This document shows, in pieces, positions 10,958 through 21,532 of a DNA stretch of 54,294 nt. The stretch covers positions 1 through 54,294 of the forward strand of contig ML992533.1 in assembly GCA_010093995.1 (NCBI GenBank), read 5' to 3'. Within the stretch, counting starts at the first letter, position 1. Every line of letters starts with the position of its first letter. This stretch comes from Elsinoe ampelina. Lineage: Eukaryota. Below the pieces are notes generated by a model, which saw only the letters and a list, made by a program, of their open reading frames with translations, ran no database searches and was not told the DNA's origin. The position numbers were made by a program, and so were the translations under genes.

Positions 10958-11965
10958 TCATCCTCTCACTTCGTCCTCACTGATGCGAGCCCTACCTTTC
11001 CCTTTGGAAGTGTCACCTGCCGGGCCAGCCGGTCCTGTGGCACCTCGGGTCCTTCTAACGTCCTCGCCAGAAGCAGCCACAACACCCGCTAATCTTACAG
11101 CCTCAACGTTTGATTCTCTTACAGTCGGTAAGTTCGCCGAGCTTGCCAGTCTACTATTGCTCCCGCTTTCGTGAGGTCCTCGGCCCATCGCTGACCCCGG
11201 GTAGGGAAAGGCGACAAGACCAGTCGAGGTCGTGGTCGTCATTGGCTGAGGTGGGTGCGTTGCCGCGCGCGTCGTGATACCATCATTGAAGCGACCGCTC
11301 ATCATGTCACGCTTCCGGCGATGTCTCCTCCGCCACCATAGCCCAACGATAGTGAGCAAAGATAGGATGACGACTATCAGAATGATCATGAGCACCCATC
11401 TCCAGTGACCGGCCCACCTGTCTCATGTCAGAAGTATTCATCATCTTTCTATCGCATATCCATACCATGATTGATTCTGTTGGCTCGAGCTGGCCGTGCC
11501 GGATTGGGATGCTGAGGTCGCTATTGACCCGGTCCGAGTTGTAGTAGAGGCAGTAGTCGGGCCAGTGGTCGGATTCGTCGTGGTCGTCGTCGCTGCGGTC
11601 GTGGTGGGCTGCTGGACCGCAGGCTGGTTGTTGCCAGCGGCGCATGTGTTGGTATACCATTGGGATATTAGAGGTAGATCTGACCCTTGACACACATTTC
11701 CGCACAGCTGTGTTGCGTCCGACCGCAAATTGACCAGGTATGCAGACTGACAGAAGCATGCCAGATACGTCTCTTGCCCTGTCGCAGGCGCGGCAGGCGG
11801 AACGCAGGCGGCTTGTGCTTGTGAAAGGTATTGGCAAGCCTGCGCGCAGGCCGGAAGCGCGTTGGTGCCAAAGTTGAGGAGTTGCTGAGCGAGTGTGTTG
11901 TTTGCGAAGAGTAGGAAGGATGCCGCGACTGCGAGGAGGCCGTTGGAGCGCCGCTGATAGCCCAT
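10958..11965 (-). CDS. Single-pass membrane protein with Cys-rich ectodomain and Ser/Thr stalk; intron 11418-11465
   Basis: Signal peptide, LPACAQAC...CFCQS...C...C domain, poly-Thr stalk, [17 protein letters not shown] transmembrane segment followed by a basic RRRHRRKR patch. Confidence 0.85.
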
Positions 11966-12314
11966 CTTGCTGAGGCTGTAGTGAACGTGTTGTAGAGAGG
12001 TATAGCCCTCGTCTTCGAAGTGTGGCGGCCTGCCAGCGACAGGCAGGCGGTGCTTAGTGATTCATGCAATCGGGCAAGCAAATGTCGAGAGCAAGGCCGG
12101 CGGAGCCTTGGAAGCGAGATGAAGCACGGCGCGGCGATGGCTGGATTATTGGGTGAGATCTGCGACGAGCGAGCGACGGGTCCCTGCGCTAGCTTCAAAC
12201 AGCCGCTTGGCAACGCGACCCACCTCCGCATCAGCTTCAATACCCTGAGAACAATTGGTACGTGTGACATTTCTATAATTTTGTCGTTCATCTGTAGCCG
12301 ATGCTAGTTCAATG

Positions 12315-14049
12315 CTACGAGGCCGTACTCAACTCCTTCTCCACTTCTTTCCGTACAATATCTCGTACATCACTCATCGTTGCCCCCTCCTTGACCGTCG
12401 TCACCCGTCTCTCCATCTTTTCCAGCCCGATGAATTCATCTGGGAGAACTTGCTCGAATTGAAATCCAGGCTCCTTCCCGAGCGCCTGCTGTACTGCGCC
12501 AGCAAACTTTGCCGGATGTGCTGTCGCCAGAGATATGTGATGCACGGCTCCTCCAGTCCTTGCTCCGGATCTGAGACTCGCCGCGACACCAATCGCAGAA
12601 TGTGGATCGAGAATGTATTGACCCCTTTGCAAGGTTCCCTTGGTCTCGCCCGAACTGCTACCAAGGCTTTTCGGATTGCTCGTGGAAGAGTATATGAGCT
12701 TGATCGTCCCGATGGTCTGGTGATCGCTGACCCTTTCACTCTCAAAATCGGCTTTTGCAGCTTCCAGTATCGAGTTGTCGACGCCGAATCCTCCCTCGAT
12801 CTTGAGTTGGTCAAGCCATGATCGTACCTGTGATCCTGCAGCCTTGCGATCTTCCACGTTTGTGCCGGTCTTGGTTGTTTGATAGGTGAGAAACCATAAG
12901 AGCCGTTCGAAATTTGACGAGACCAAGATATCCATTGCCGGTGACAAAGTCTCCTTGACTCCATCCTCATGAGCTCTGACACCGTCTTCGGGGAGACCGC
13001 CTTCGGCAGCTCGCCCATGCACAGGCTTTTTCTCGTAGTGTCCGCTTTGCCAGAACCGATGGAGGATGTCGTTCTCGTTCGTGGCGATGACAAGTTTGTC
13101 AATTCGAAGACCCATGCGCTTGGCGAAATACCCAGCAAGGATGTCGCCAAAGTTGCCTGTTGGGACAACAAACCGAACGCGTGGACTCGAATTTGACCCG
13201 AGTGACCGGACGAGAGAGAAGTAGGATGCAAAGTAGTAGCTGATCTGGGCCAAGATACGTGCCCAGTTAATGCTGTTTACGGCAGCCAGCTTGTGCGTTG
13301 AGTTGATATCAGAGTCCGCGAATAGTGCCTTCACGAAGTCTTGACAATCGTCGAAAGTACCGTTTACGGCAAGGTTGTGGACGTTAGGATCTAACACCGT
13401 AGTCATCTGTGCTTCCTGCACAGGAGAGACCTTGCCCTTTGGATGCATGATGAAGACACTGACATCTTTCTTCCCGCGGAGGCCATAGATTGCCGCGCTA
13501 CCTGTGTCCCCGCTCGTCGCTCCAATGACAGTGAGATGCGATCGGTCCGCTCCGGTCTTGTTGGCATTCTTCCTGACCAGAAAATACTCGAACAGATTGC
13601 CTAGGAACTGCAAAGCGACATCCTTGAATGCAAAGGTCGGCCCATGGAAGAGCTCGAGCAAATGGAGATTCTTGGATTCGTCCAGGGTGATCACAGGCGT
13701 GACGTCCTTCGAGCGGAAAGTAGCGTACGAGCGGTTCACAATGTCTTTCAGATCATCTCCTGGGATCTCTGAAGGGGAGATGTATAGGGAGAAGATCTCA
13801 AACGCCAGCTCTTGGAAGGATAGCGACGCCCATCGGCTCTCCCAGTCATCTGGTAATGAGGGTATCTCTTCTGGTATGAACAATCCTCCGTCCGAAGCCA
13901 GACCCTTCAGCACCACATCTTCGAAGGAGAACTGCAGTACTGTTCAGCCAGGATTCAGCACCACACTGCAACTATTTCGGGGTTGATCGTACATCGTAAG
14001 AGCCGCCGCGCGTGCTCAAGTATCTCTGCGATTCCGTATGAGAGCCCAT
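12315..14049 (-). CDS. THR4: Threonine synthase; intron 13932-13992
   Basis: RYLSTRGG, GLASDGGLFIP, LFHGPTFAFKD (PLP lysine), ATSGDTG, NSINWARI, VPTGNFGD, ATAHPAKF. Confidence 0.97.
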
Positions 14050-15077
14050 TTTTGCTTGAATGGGGAATGTATCTAGGATGCAGAAGCAATCGCCTTTGTC
14101 AATTCACATGTTGAGATCGCGAGGGCCCGCTCTCCTTTCAAAAAAAGAGCGCCGCAATCGGCCGCCCTCGTCCGCGCTCGGGCCACCACTGGGTATATAT
14201 TCAGAATTTTCCCTCCCACCCTCTTTCTCTTTTTTTTCCTAGGCGACTCGTGAGTGCAAACCACCCAGCAGACATTCATAGCTAACCTGTGTATAGTACT
14301 TCATAGAATCAATTCTATAGTAGACGACCTTATCTGAACTCTTTAAAAGAGCCACAGAACTCCAACCTGGCTGATGACGGATATCCCTCCTGCCCAAGAG
14401 TGAAGCCGTTTTGGTCCTGTCTTTCACGAGACGGATTGGCGATGATCTCGTCCCTTTCGGAGTAAGGCTTCGGTCTCTTCGTCTGGGTGGGCATGTAGGG
14501 ACTTCTGACAGGTTCTCTGCAAAATGCTGTGCTGGCTATAAATTATGTCGGGTCACACTACAAGAGCATGGTCCAAATGTCTCCGGAAGATGACCGAATC
14601 CATAGTTTCTGTACATAGCTGAACGGTATTGCGTTTCCTTTCGATCATCTCACACGGCCTCGCTGTGATGTGCGTGCAGTGAAATGCGGGCAAACTGTTC
14701 CATCGCAAGATCACGACCTCGTCCACTCATAAACATGACAACTACGCAGCGGGGCACGCCCTCTAATAACTTACTTGATTGGGACGGCACCCTTCCGAAG
14801 ATTGTAGGCTCGTTCATAGAAGCTGTGACGCGGAGCCTGCAAAGCTGTTTCAGGTACCTGGCGGAAGCGATCGGCAAGGATCTCAATCCGGGGATTGTAG
14901 AGGGGCTGGGATCATCACAAGCCGCTGTTTGTCTCATCATGATATCTCGTCTTGAACACCTGCCCATCTCATTCGCCATGGATTTGTCCATTCTTGTGAA
15001 GCTGCCAGCTTCGAAGGTCTTCAACATTTGAGCTCTCGCCTCCGGTGCATAAGGCGTCAATGCTTCCATCAGGCACC

Positions 15078-16116
15078 ATGGCAGACCCATACTGCCAACA
15101 CCTCGCGTCGCCAAATCCATGGGTACTTGCATTGTCTATGTAAGTCTACCTGCCTTCACACTCGTGTCCCACTGATCTCAATCAGTTTCCTGGTCGTGGG
15201 TATCCTGGTCTCGTACATACCCCAGCACTATCGGATCATATCCCTCTCGTCATCGGCTGGTCTCTCACCATGGTGGGTTCTCCTAGGCACCCTTTCGTCG
15301 ATTGCCGGCATCACCAACATCGTCGTCCTCCCAACCTCTCAGCATGATATGGCTTGTTGTAAAGAGATCAGTGCGAGCGCGTGTACTGCCGCCATGCTAG
15401 GGATTGTACAAGTGGGAGTGCAATGGACATGCTTCATGACAATCATGGTCCTGTTCCTGGCTTTCTTCCCGAGAAGAACGGACAGCGAGCAGACTGCATC
15501 ACTTCCTGAAGGTGCTGATACGGCGCTGCCTAAACCACGAGATGCTGTCATCGTCGGCGCTTCTTGCTTGCTCGCGCTCCTGTTTGCCGGGATAGGCAGC
15601 TTGTTCTTCCTGGTGAGAGCGCCTGCTCAGCTCCTAGGGTGGGCAAACTTTCTAGGTGTCACGGCAAGCATCTTGGCCTCGATTCAATATATTCCGCAGA
15701 TCTGGACCACTTACAAGCTCGGCAAAATACTCAGCCTCAGCATTCTCACAATGATCATACAAGTACCCGGCGCTTTTGTCTTTGCTTTCAGCCTGTACCT
15801 GCGAGTTGGCGGCCAGGGCTGGTCGAGTTGGCTTGTGTACTGTGTGACTGGTATCTTTCAGGCTATATTATTGGTCATGGCGGTTAGGTTCTGGATCCGA
15901 GACAAGGCCATAGAATCTGCTTCACTGGCACCTTCGGCAGATCTACCAACGGAGCGTGACCCACTCTTGCCCCGACGATCGAGCTCGACAAGACCAGCAA
16001 ACAGCAGTACACTTCGTACCCTACGAGGAGATGCTAAGCAGAACGGATCGTTAGATCAGGTGAGAGGGGTACATGAGCAGACTTCTGGCATCACCGACTC
16101 GGATGGTCGAGGTTAG
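15078..16116 (+). CDS. PQ-loop repeat membrane protein; intron 15140-15185
   Basis: Two PQ motifs (SYIPQH, QYIPQI), about 7 hydrophobic segments, acidic-dileucine-like TERDPLL in the C-terminal tail. Confidence 0.85.
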
Positions 16117-16223
16117 GCAGACATACGAGATGCTTAGATGCAGCTGTAATGCAAGATGTGCTTCGTTCCCGATTTGTACAATATTGAATCTTGCAAGCGG
16201 ATGCCATAAGTTGGGCGGCTGCA

Positions 16224-17147
16224 TCAAGCCTTCCCATTTTCTACCACCTGTTTTGGTATGACTTTGAGGGAGAAGTCCACGTGTTTCACGCCTTGGTGAA
16301 TGCTGCTGCTGCTGATGATGTCCACATGGTCAGAGACGTATCTGCCAACATTGTCCTCCGTCAAACCTCCCGACACCTCCACCAACACAGCTCTCGGTCC
16401 TCGTCCCCACTTCTCCTTGATCAGCCTAGCTGCTTCTTTCATATCCTCAGGGGTAAAGTTGTCGAGCATGACAATGTCCGCGCCAGCTTGTATGGCTTCC
16501 TCTGCCTCGGCAAGACTTTGGCATTCCACCTCAATCTTTATACTGAAACCTCCTGCAGCTTTGGCAGCCTTGACGGCTTTGGTGATACTGCCAGATGCCC
16601 AGACATGATTATCCTTGAGCATGGTCATTGTGCTCAAGTCGACTCTGTGCATGTCACACCCAGCCACGGACATACCGTACTTCTCAACCAGCCTGAAACC
16701 CGGTGTGGTCTTCCTGGTGCCAGCAAGGGTGTTCTTGTAACCTGCATCCCGCAATATCTTCAGCAGCTTCCGGCTCTGACTCGCGATTCCAGAACATCGC
16801 GCGAGGACATTCAATGCCACTCTTTCTCCCAACAGAACATTCCTCACTGGTCCCCGTACGGTTGCAACTTGCTCTTTCTTTCCAGTCAGCTCCACACCCT
16901 CATCAAAATGCCATTCGACGGTACAGCCTAAGTGGGAGAAGATGGCTTCAAAGAACGGAACGCCGGCGAGAGTGCCTGGTGACTTTGCCAGCAGACGGGC
17001 TTCGGCAGGGGCGGTTCCAACAACGAAGCCTCCGTAATCAAAGGAGGGTGTATCTTCAGCGAGCCATTGAGGAATGATACTGGTCCATGATGGCGGTAGC
17101 AGGTCGCGCGGCGAGCCGTGAGCAGGTGCGCCTTCGATGTGAGCCAT
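16224..17147 (-). CDS. BNA6: Nicotinate-nucleotide pyrophosphorylase (quinolinate phosphoribosyltransferase)
   Basis: WLAEDTPSFD, GTRKTTPGFR, MLKDNH, IEVEC, DIVMLDN, EVSGG. Confidence 0.95.
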   Translation of the reverse strand: MAHIEGAPAHGSPRDLLPPSWTSIIPQWLAEDTPSFDYGGFVVGTAPAEARLLAKSPGTLAGVPFFEAIFSHLGCTVEWHFDEGVELTGKKEQVATVRGPVRNVLLGERVALNVLARCSGIASQSRKLLKILRDAGYKNTLAGTRKTTPGFRLVEKYGMSVAGCDMHRVDLSTMTMLKDNHVWASGSITKAVKAAKAAGGFSIKIEVECQSLAEAEEAIQAGADIVMLDNFTPEDMKEAARLIKEKWGRGPRAVLVEVSGGLTEDNVGRYVSDHVDIISSSSIHQGVKHVDFSLKVIPKQVVENGKA

Positions 17148-17406
17148 GGTGGGGGTTGATGGGAGGACGATCGAGTTGGTAGGGGCGGCCGACGTCGATG
17201 CGCGCCGCGTAAGCGTCGAGTTTATTTGCAGTCGTGATCACTCCTGTTGATTTTCTGTCACGATAAGTTGCGTCTTCCAATATCTTCATCGGAAGACCAC
17301 CATTACTACATTCGTCAGTATTCTGTCGTTCCTTCCGATCACGCCCGCCGATTAGCGGCAGATCATCTCGTCGGCGGCTTGGCATCTCAAACAAGCTTTC
17401 CGGAAG

Positions 17407-19106
17407 ATGCCCCGGTTGTGGGCCGCCCTGTGGGCCCTATCATTCTTCCACTCTGCCCTCAGCGCAGGCACTGTCTCTCTCGGATTGGAAAAGAGAAGTC
17501 TTGTGAATGGCGGCACTCAACCTGCGAAGGGTGTATACAAGCGGAAGGCCTCGAGTGGGGGCAGCGTTGGGTCGACAGTCTTCGATGTGCTTCCCTGGGG
17601 AGTGGGTGGTGCTTATTACACAAATAGTGAGTGTCCTGAACGAACATGTCGCTTCAGGCCTAATGACTTTTCACAGTCACCGTTGGCTCCCCTCCTCAAA
17701 CCTTGACTGTCATCCTCGACACTGGTAGCAGTGACCTGTACGTGGATGCTTCCGCATCAGCTGCATGCAAAGATACGTCATCACCCTTCACCTGTCGCGG
17801 TGGCTCCTTCGACCCTTCGGCGAGTCAATCCTACCAAGTAGTAGATCCCAATGGTTTCAACACGAGCTTCGGAGACGGTTCGACCGCCACCGGCGATTTT
17901 GGCACTGATACGGTGGGCATCGGTAATGTAGTCATTCAAGGTGTACAGCTCGGAGTCGCCACCGACGTCGTTTCCACTACCGGTTATGCCGTAAGCCTAA
18001 TGGGCGTTGGCTACTCCTACAATGAAGCAAGCTCGCGACAATACCCGAACATGCCTGAGGTCTTGCAGCAGGCAGGAGCCATCAGTTCGAGGTTGTACAG
18101 CATCTTTCTCAACAGCTTCGGGGATGCAACCGGGACGATCCTCTTCGGCGGCGTCGACACTTCGAAGTACACTGGTCAGCTGCACACCATCAACGTTTCG
18201 CCGGTCCAAACCAGATCTGGCGACATTGTATATGAATTCATCATCCCTGTCACTGGTATCTCTGGACGTATCAACGGACAGTCTACCACATACTTATCCT
18301 CTACTTCTCAGAGCTCCAGGCGAGGTAGTGATTCGCTGCAAGTCCTCCTCGACACCGGTTCGACTGCATGGACAGTGCCGCCATCGCTGTACACGAGCTT
18401 ACGAGACCTTTTCGGCGATGCGATCGATTCTGCCGGCTTGCTGGACTGCTCGCATCAACAGGATGATATTTCTATCGACATCGAGTTCAATGGACAAGTT
18501 ACGATAGATGTCCCCGCGTCTTCTTTTATCATTCCTGTCTACGATCCCACTACAAACCGCCAGAATACAACTGCTAGCGGCCAGCCATTGTGTGCCTTCA
18601 TGATCTCCCCAGATGTTGGGAACCAGCAGCTGACCCAGACGGGATTTCTTACCATGGGCGATGCTGTACTCCGCAGCATGTACGTCGTATTCGACATGGA
18701 CAACGGCCAAATTGCGATCGCCCCAGCCAACACAAATTCCACGTCTGAATCGGACGTCCGCGTGGTCTCAGCTGGACCATCAGGACTTGCACAGGCGGTT
18801 TCCAACAGCAATGGAGGTATTGCTACGGCTGATGAGAACACCTACAGGATTGCGCCTGCCATAACCGCTTCTCAATCCTTAAGCTTTGCCACTGCAAGCT
18901 CTCCGGTCGGGACCGCCACTGGTACATTCGCGATCCCGCAAGCTGGGCAAGTAACACCTGGACAGCTTGACACCACTCAGGCCGCGGCTGCCAGCAGTTC
19001 AGGAGCAGCGGCTTCGGTTGTTCAATATGGAGAAGGCCGTGTAGGAATGACGACCATTGTATTGTGGACGATGATGGCCTGCGTTGGTGCTGTTGTTCTT
19101 GCATAG
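17407..19106 (+). CDS. Pepsin-family (A1) aspartic protease, yapsin-like, probably GPI-anchored; intron 17627-17676
   Basis: Signal peptide, dibasic propeptide, two catalytic motifs (ILDTGSSD, LLDTGST), MGDAVLRSMYVVFD, S/T-rich stalk and hydrophobic C-terminus. Confidence 0.9.
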
Positions 19107-19421
19107 ACCTTCTGCATCACCAAATTTAGTTTAACCTCGTAGTGTGTCTCACATTGTGCATGTTATCGATCCGTAAGGCTAAGTGACACCTGCATGGCGA
19201 AAACTGCAGGATGACGGCATTCTCTCAGTGCCCGGCAGCAGATTTTGCCAAGCCTTGTGAACCTCAAAGTGCCTGCCGAAATCTATACCTCATCTTACAC
19301 GCTTCATGCACATCGACACACGCTCGAGTAATCGGCTCCCCCTCTGCGCATCGAGGCTCTCCTGCCTCGCTGACTGCGCGCGACGCAGCTGCGAGGCCGC
19401 AACCAACGACAGTCGGCCGAC

Positions 19422-21320
19422 ATGGTCAACACGCGCAGATTGACAGGCGCCGATGATGGTGCGACCTCTCCCGCCACAGCTCCGGATCGCATTCCGCCAG
19501 CAGAGAATTCAGGATCTGGCAAAGTCTCTCGTGCGCTCAGAAATTTGCAAATCGACGGGAATGTTGCTCTGGGTGGCTCAGGTTCTTTGAAGAGGAAGAG
19601 GGGACACAAGGACGCAATCGCAGCCATACCTCCGACACCACCTCGATCTCACTCGGTCTCCAGCCAGCATGGCTCACCACCTACCGAGACCATCGATCCC
19701 GGGCTTGCCACTACCAGTCTACAAAGACGATCAGCCTCACGCGCGCCGATCCGACCTCGTACCAGCTTGACCAGTCGGTTTCGTACGAAAAACGCCGAAT
19801 CTGCCTCACCCGACATCGCTCCGGAGAGTCCTGGCAATATTGCCCGTACCAGAGCGCATGAAACAGAAAAAATCGATGCCAAATCGTCACCCACAACGCC
19901 GGCAGCATACTGGTTCTTACCGGGTGGAGGACTTTCTCCGGGAGCTGCAGATACAAGTGACGACCAGTCAGAAGTCGTTCCTGCGCCGGCTCAACATTCA
20001 AGACTCTCCTCCTCCTCCGACTCAGCGTCAGTAGTATCACAGAGCAAGGAGCCTCGTCGCCGCACGAGTAAGAGAAAGAGATATTCAAGGGGAGCTAAAG
20101 ATGAAGAGGCTGTGGAGCCTGTCACTGCGCGCGTTGACACACCTGGCCCGCGGCCATCTGCTAAGTTGAAGCGGGAGCTTAGGAAATTGGAGATTCGTGC
20201 CAATCCCTCACTCAGGCTAGTAGACGTGGACTTGACGGACACAATGAAGCACACGGACACTCGGCCCAACACCAGACGGTCACGAGGAGTGGAGGAAAGG
20301 GAGTTGCGGACGGAATCTCCCCGTCAAGCCGTCATTCAGGATTCTCAGGTGCCCACGACCAAGAATTCTGATGCCCCTCCCACCGTGAAGCAGCCGCCCG
20401 TGTCGGAGAGAGCAAATCAGAAGCTGAGCAGGGAGATGCGCAGGCTTGAAATTCGTGCGAATGAACGTCTCAGCGGCAGGACTGCATCACCGATCTCCCA
20501 AGCTGAGCCTTCCCGGTCTGACACTGACCAGAATTCAAGATTCCCTAGGCGCAGAAATCAGGGCCAGCGCAACACCTCCAATCGATTGCGAAAGAGCCAA
20601 CTTGCCACGCCGACCATTCTTAATGACGCTTCGACCCGTCGCCCTGCAGAGATCAAGCCCTTTCCGGCTGATCCTCCTCCAGAACTTGTCGACCACATTT
20701 TGTTCCTGCTAGCCGATGCGGCGGATGAGAGGGGACTGATAGCGGCATTGCAGGATAAGGCTCAGGATGCTATCGCACGCGACGTTCGTTGGGAAGCACC
20801 AGGAATACTGGACGCAAGGGTCCAACGCGAACTCGACATGCTCGATAGTTGGGCACCACTGGATGAAGGAACTCTGAAGGTTGTTAATGATATGGACGGC
20901 CACCGGGAGGCTGTCGAGAAACATGAAGCTAGGCGGCAAATGCTTGCCGAGAGGGCGCTACAAGCGGCTCATGCAGATGCAGTCAAACAGCGTGTTGCCG
21001 ATCTGATTCCTGATCAGGACGACTCGGACCGCGAATCGAGCGATGCCGGTAACGACTCGAATTTGGCTTCTAACATCATCGTCAATTCAGATTTTGCAGA
21101 TCCAGGAGCGGAGGATACGCAGGACTTGCTGGACGATGACGAAGATGATGAGCACGAGAACAGCACAGACCTGGCCATTGAAGTCGGCATTACCGCTACC
21201 GCCGAAGCCACTGGCTTGAATGGATTTGTGGATTCAAAGAGTGATTCAAACGAGGATGAGCCTCGGCCCAAGCGCTGGAAAGGAAAAGGTCGTGCAGTTT
21301 CACAGGACATGGACGAATGA
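19422..21320 (+). CDS. Uncharacterised low-complexity basic/acidic protein with a repeated helical motif
   Basis: 632-aa ORF filling the intergenic space, with NLS-like KRKR patches and an acidic tail. No family recognised. Confidence 0.7.
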   Translation: MVNTRRLTGADDGATSPATAPDRIPPAENSGSGKVSRALRNLQIDGNVALGGSGSLKRKRGHKDAIAAIPPTPPRSHSVSSQHGSPPTETIDPGLATTSLQRRSASRAPIRPRTSLTSRFRTKNAESASPDIAPESPGNIARTRAHETEKIDAKSSPTTPAAYWFLPGGGLSPGAADTSDDQSEVVPAPAQHSRLSSSSDSASVVSQSKEPRRRTSKRKRYSRGAKDEEAVEPVTARVDTPGPRPSAKLKRELRKLEIRANPSLRLVDVDLTDTMKHTDTRPNTRRSRGVEERELRTESPRQAVIQDSQVPTTKNSDAPPTVKQPPVSERANQKLSREMRRLEIRANERLSGRTASPISQAEPSRSDTDQNSRFPRRRNQGQRNTSNRLRKSQLATPTILNDASTRRPAEIKPFPADPPPELVDHILFLLADAADERGLIAALQDKAQDAIARDVRWEAPGILDARVQRELDMLDSWAPLDEGTLKVVNDMDGHREAVEKHEARRQMLAERALQAAHADAVKQRVADLIPDQDDSDRESSDAGNDSNLASNIIVNSDFADPGAEDTQDLLDDDEDDEHENSTDLAIEVGITATAEATGLNGFVDSKSDSNEDEPRPKRWKGKGRAVSQDMDE

Positions 21321-21532
21321 CACGACCAACGGTAGACTGATGCAGTTGCCATGGGCTGGACATGATATCATTGCATCGTCACGATAAACAGGAATCCATG
21401 GACAGGAATGCATGAGTGAGGCTGGTATTAGTGCATTAGATGTTGCGTCAAGCAACCTCAGGAGAACATAGTATATACACAGCATCGTAGCCAGCTGATG
21501 CGGCAACCGGCAGACAATGGCATCATCGACTC

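Noticed and set aside
9939..11174. 411-aa ORF implying a long hydrophobic C-terminal extension on HOM2
   Set aside because: Artefact of reading through intron 10672-10726; the spliced form ends normally at 10794.
14250..15132. ORFs 14650-15132(-) and 14684-15031(+) as an orphan gene
   Set aside because: No motifs, they overlap each other and the PQ-loop start, and there is no convincing splice model; probably promoter sequence.
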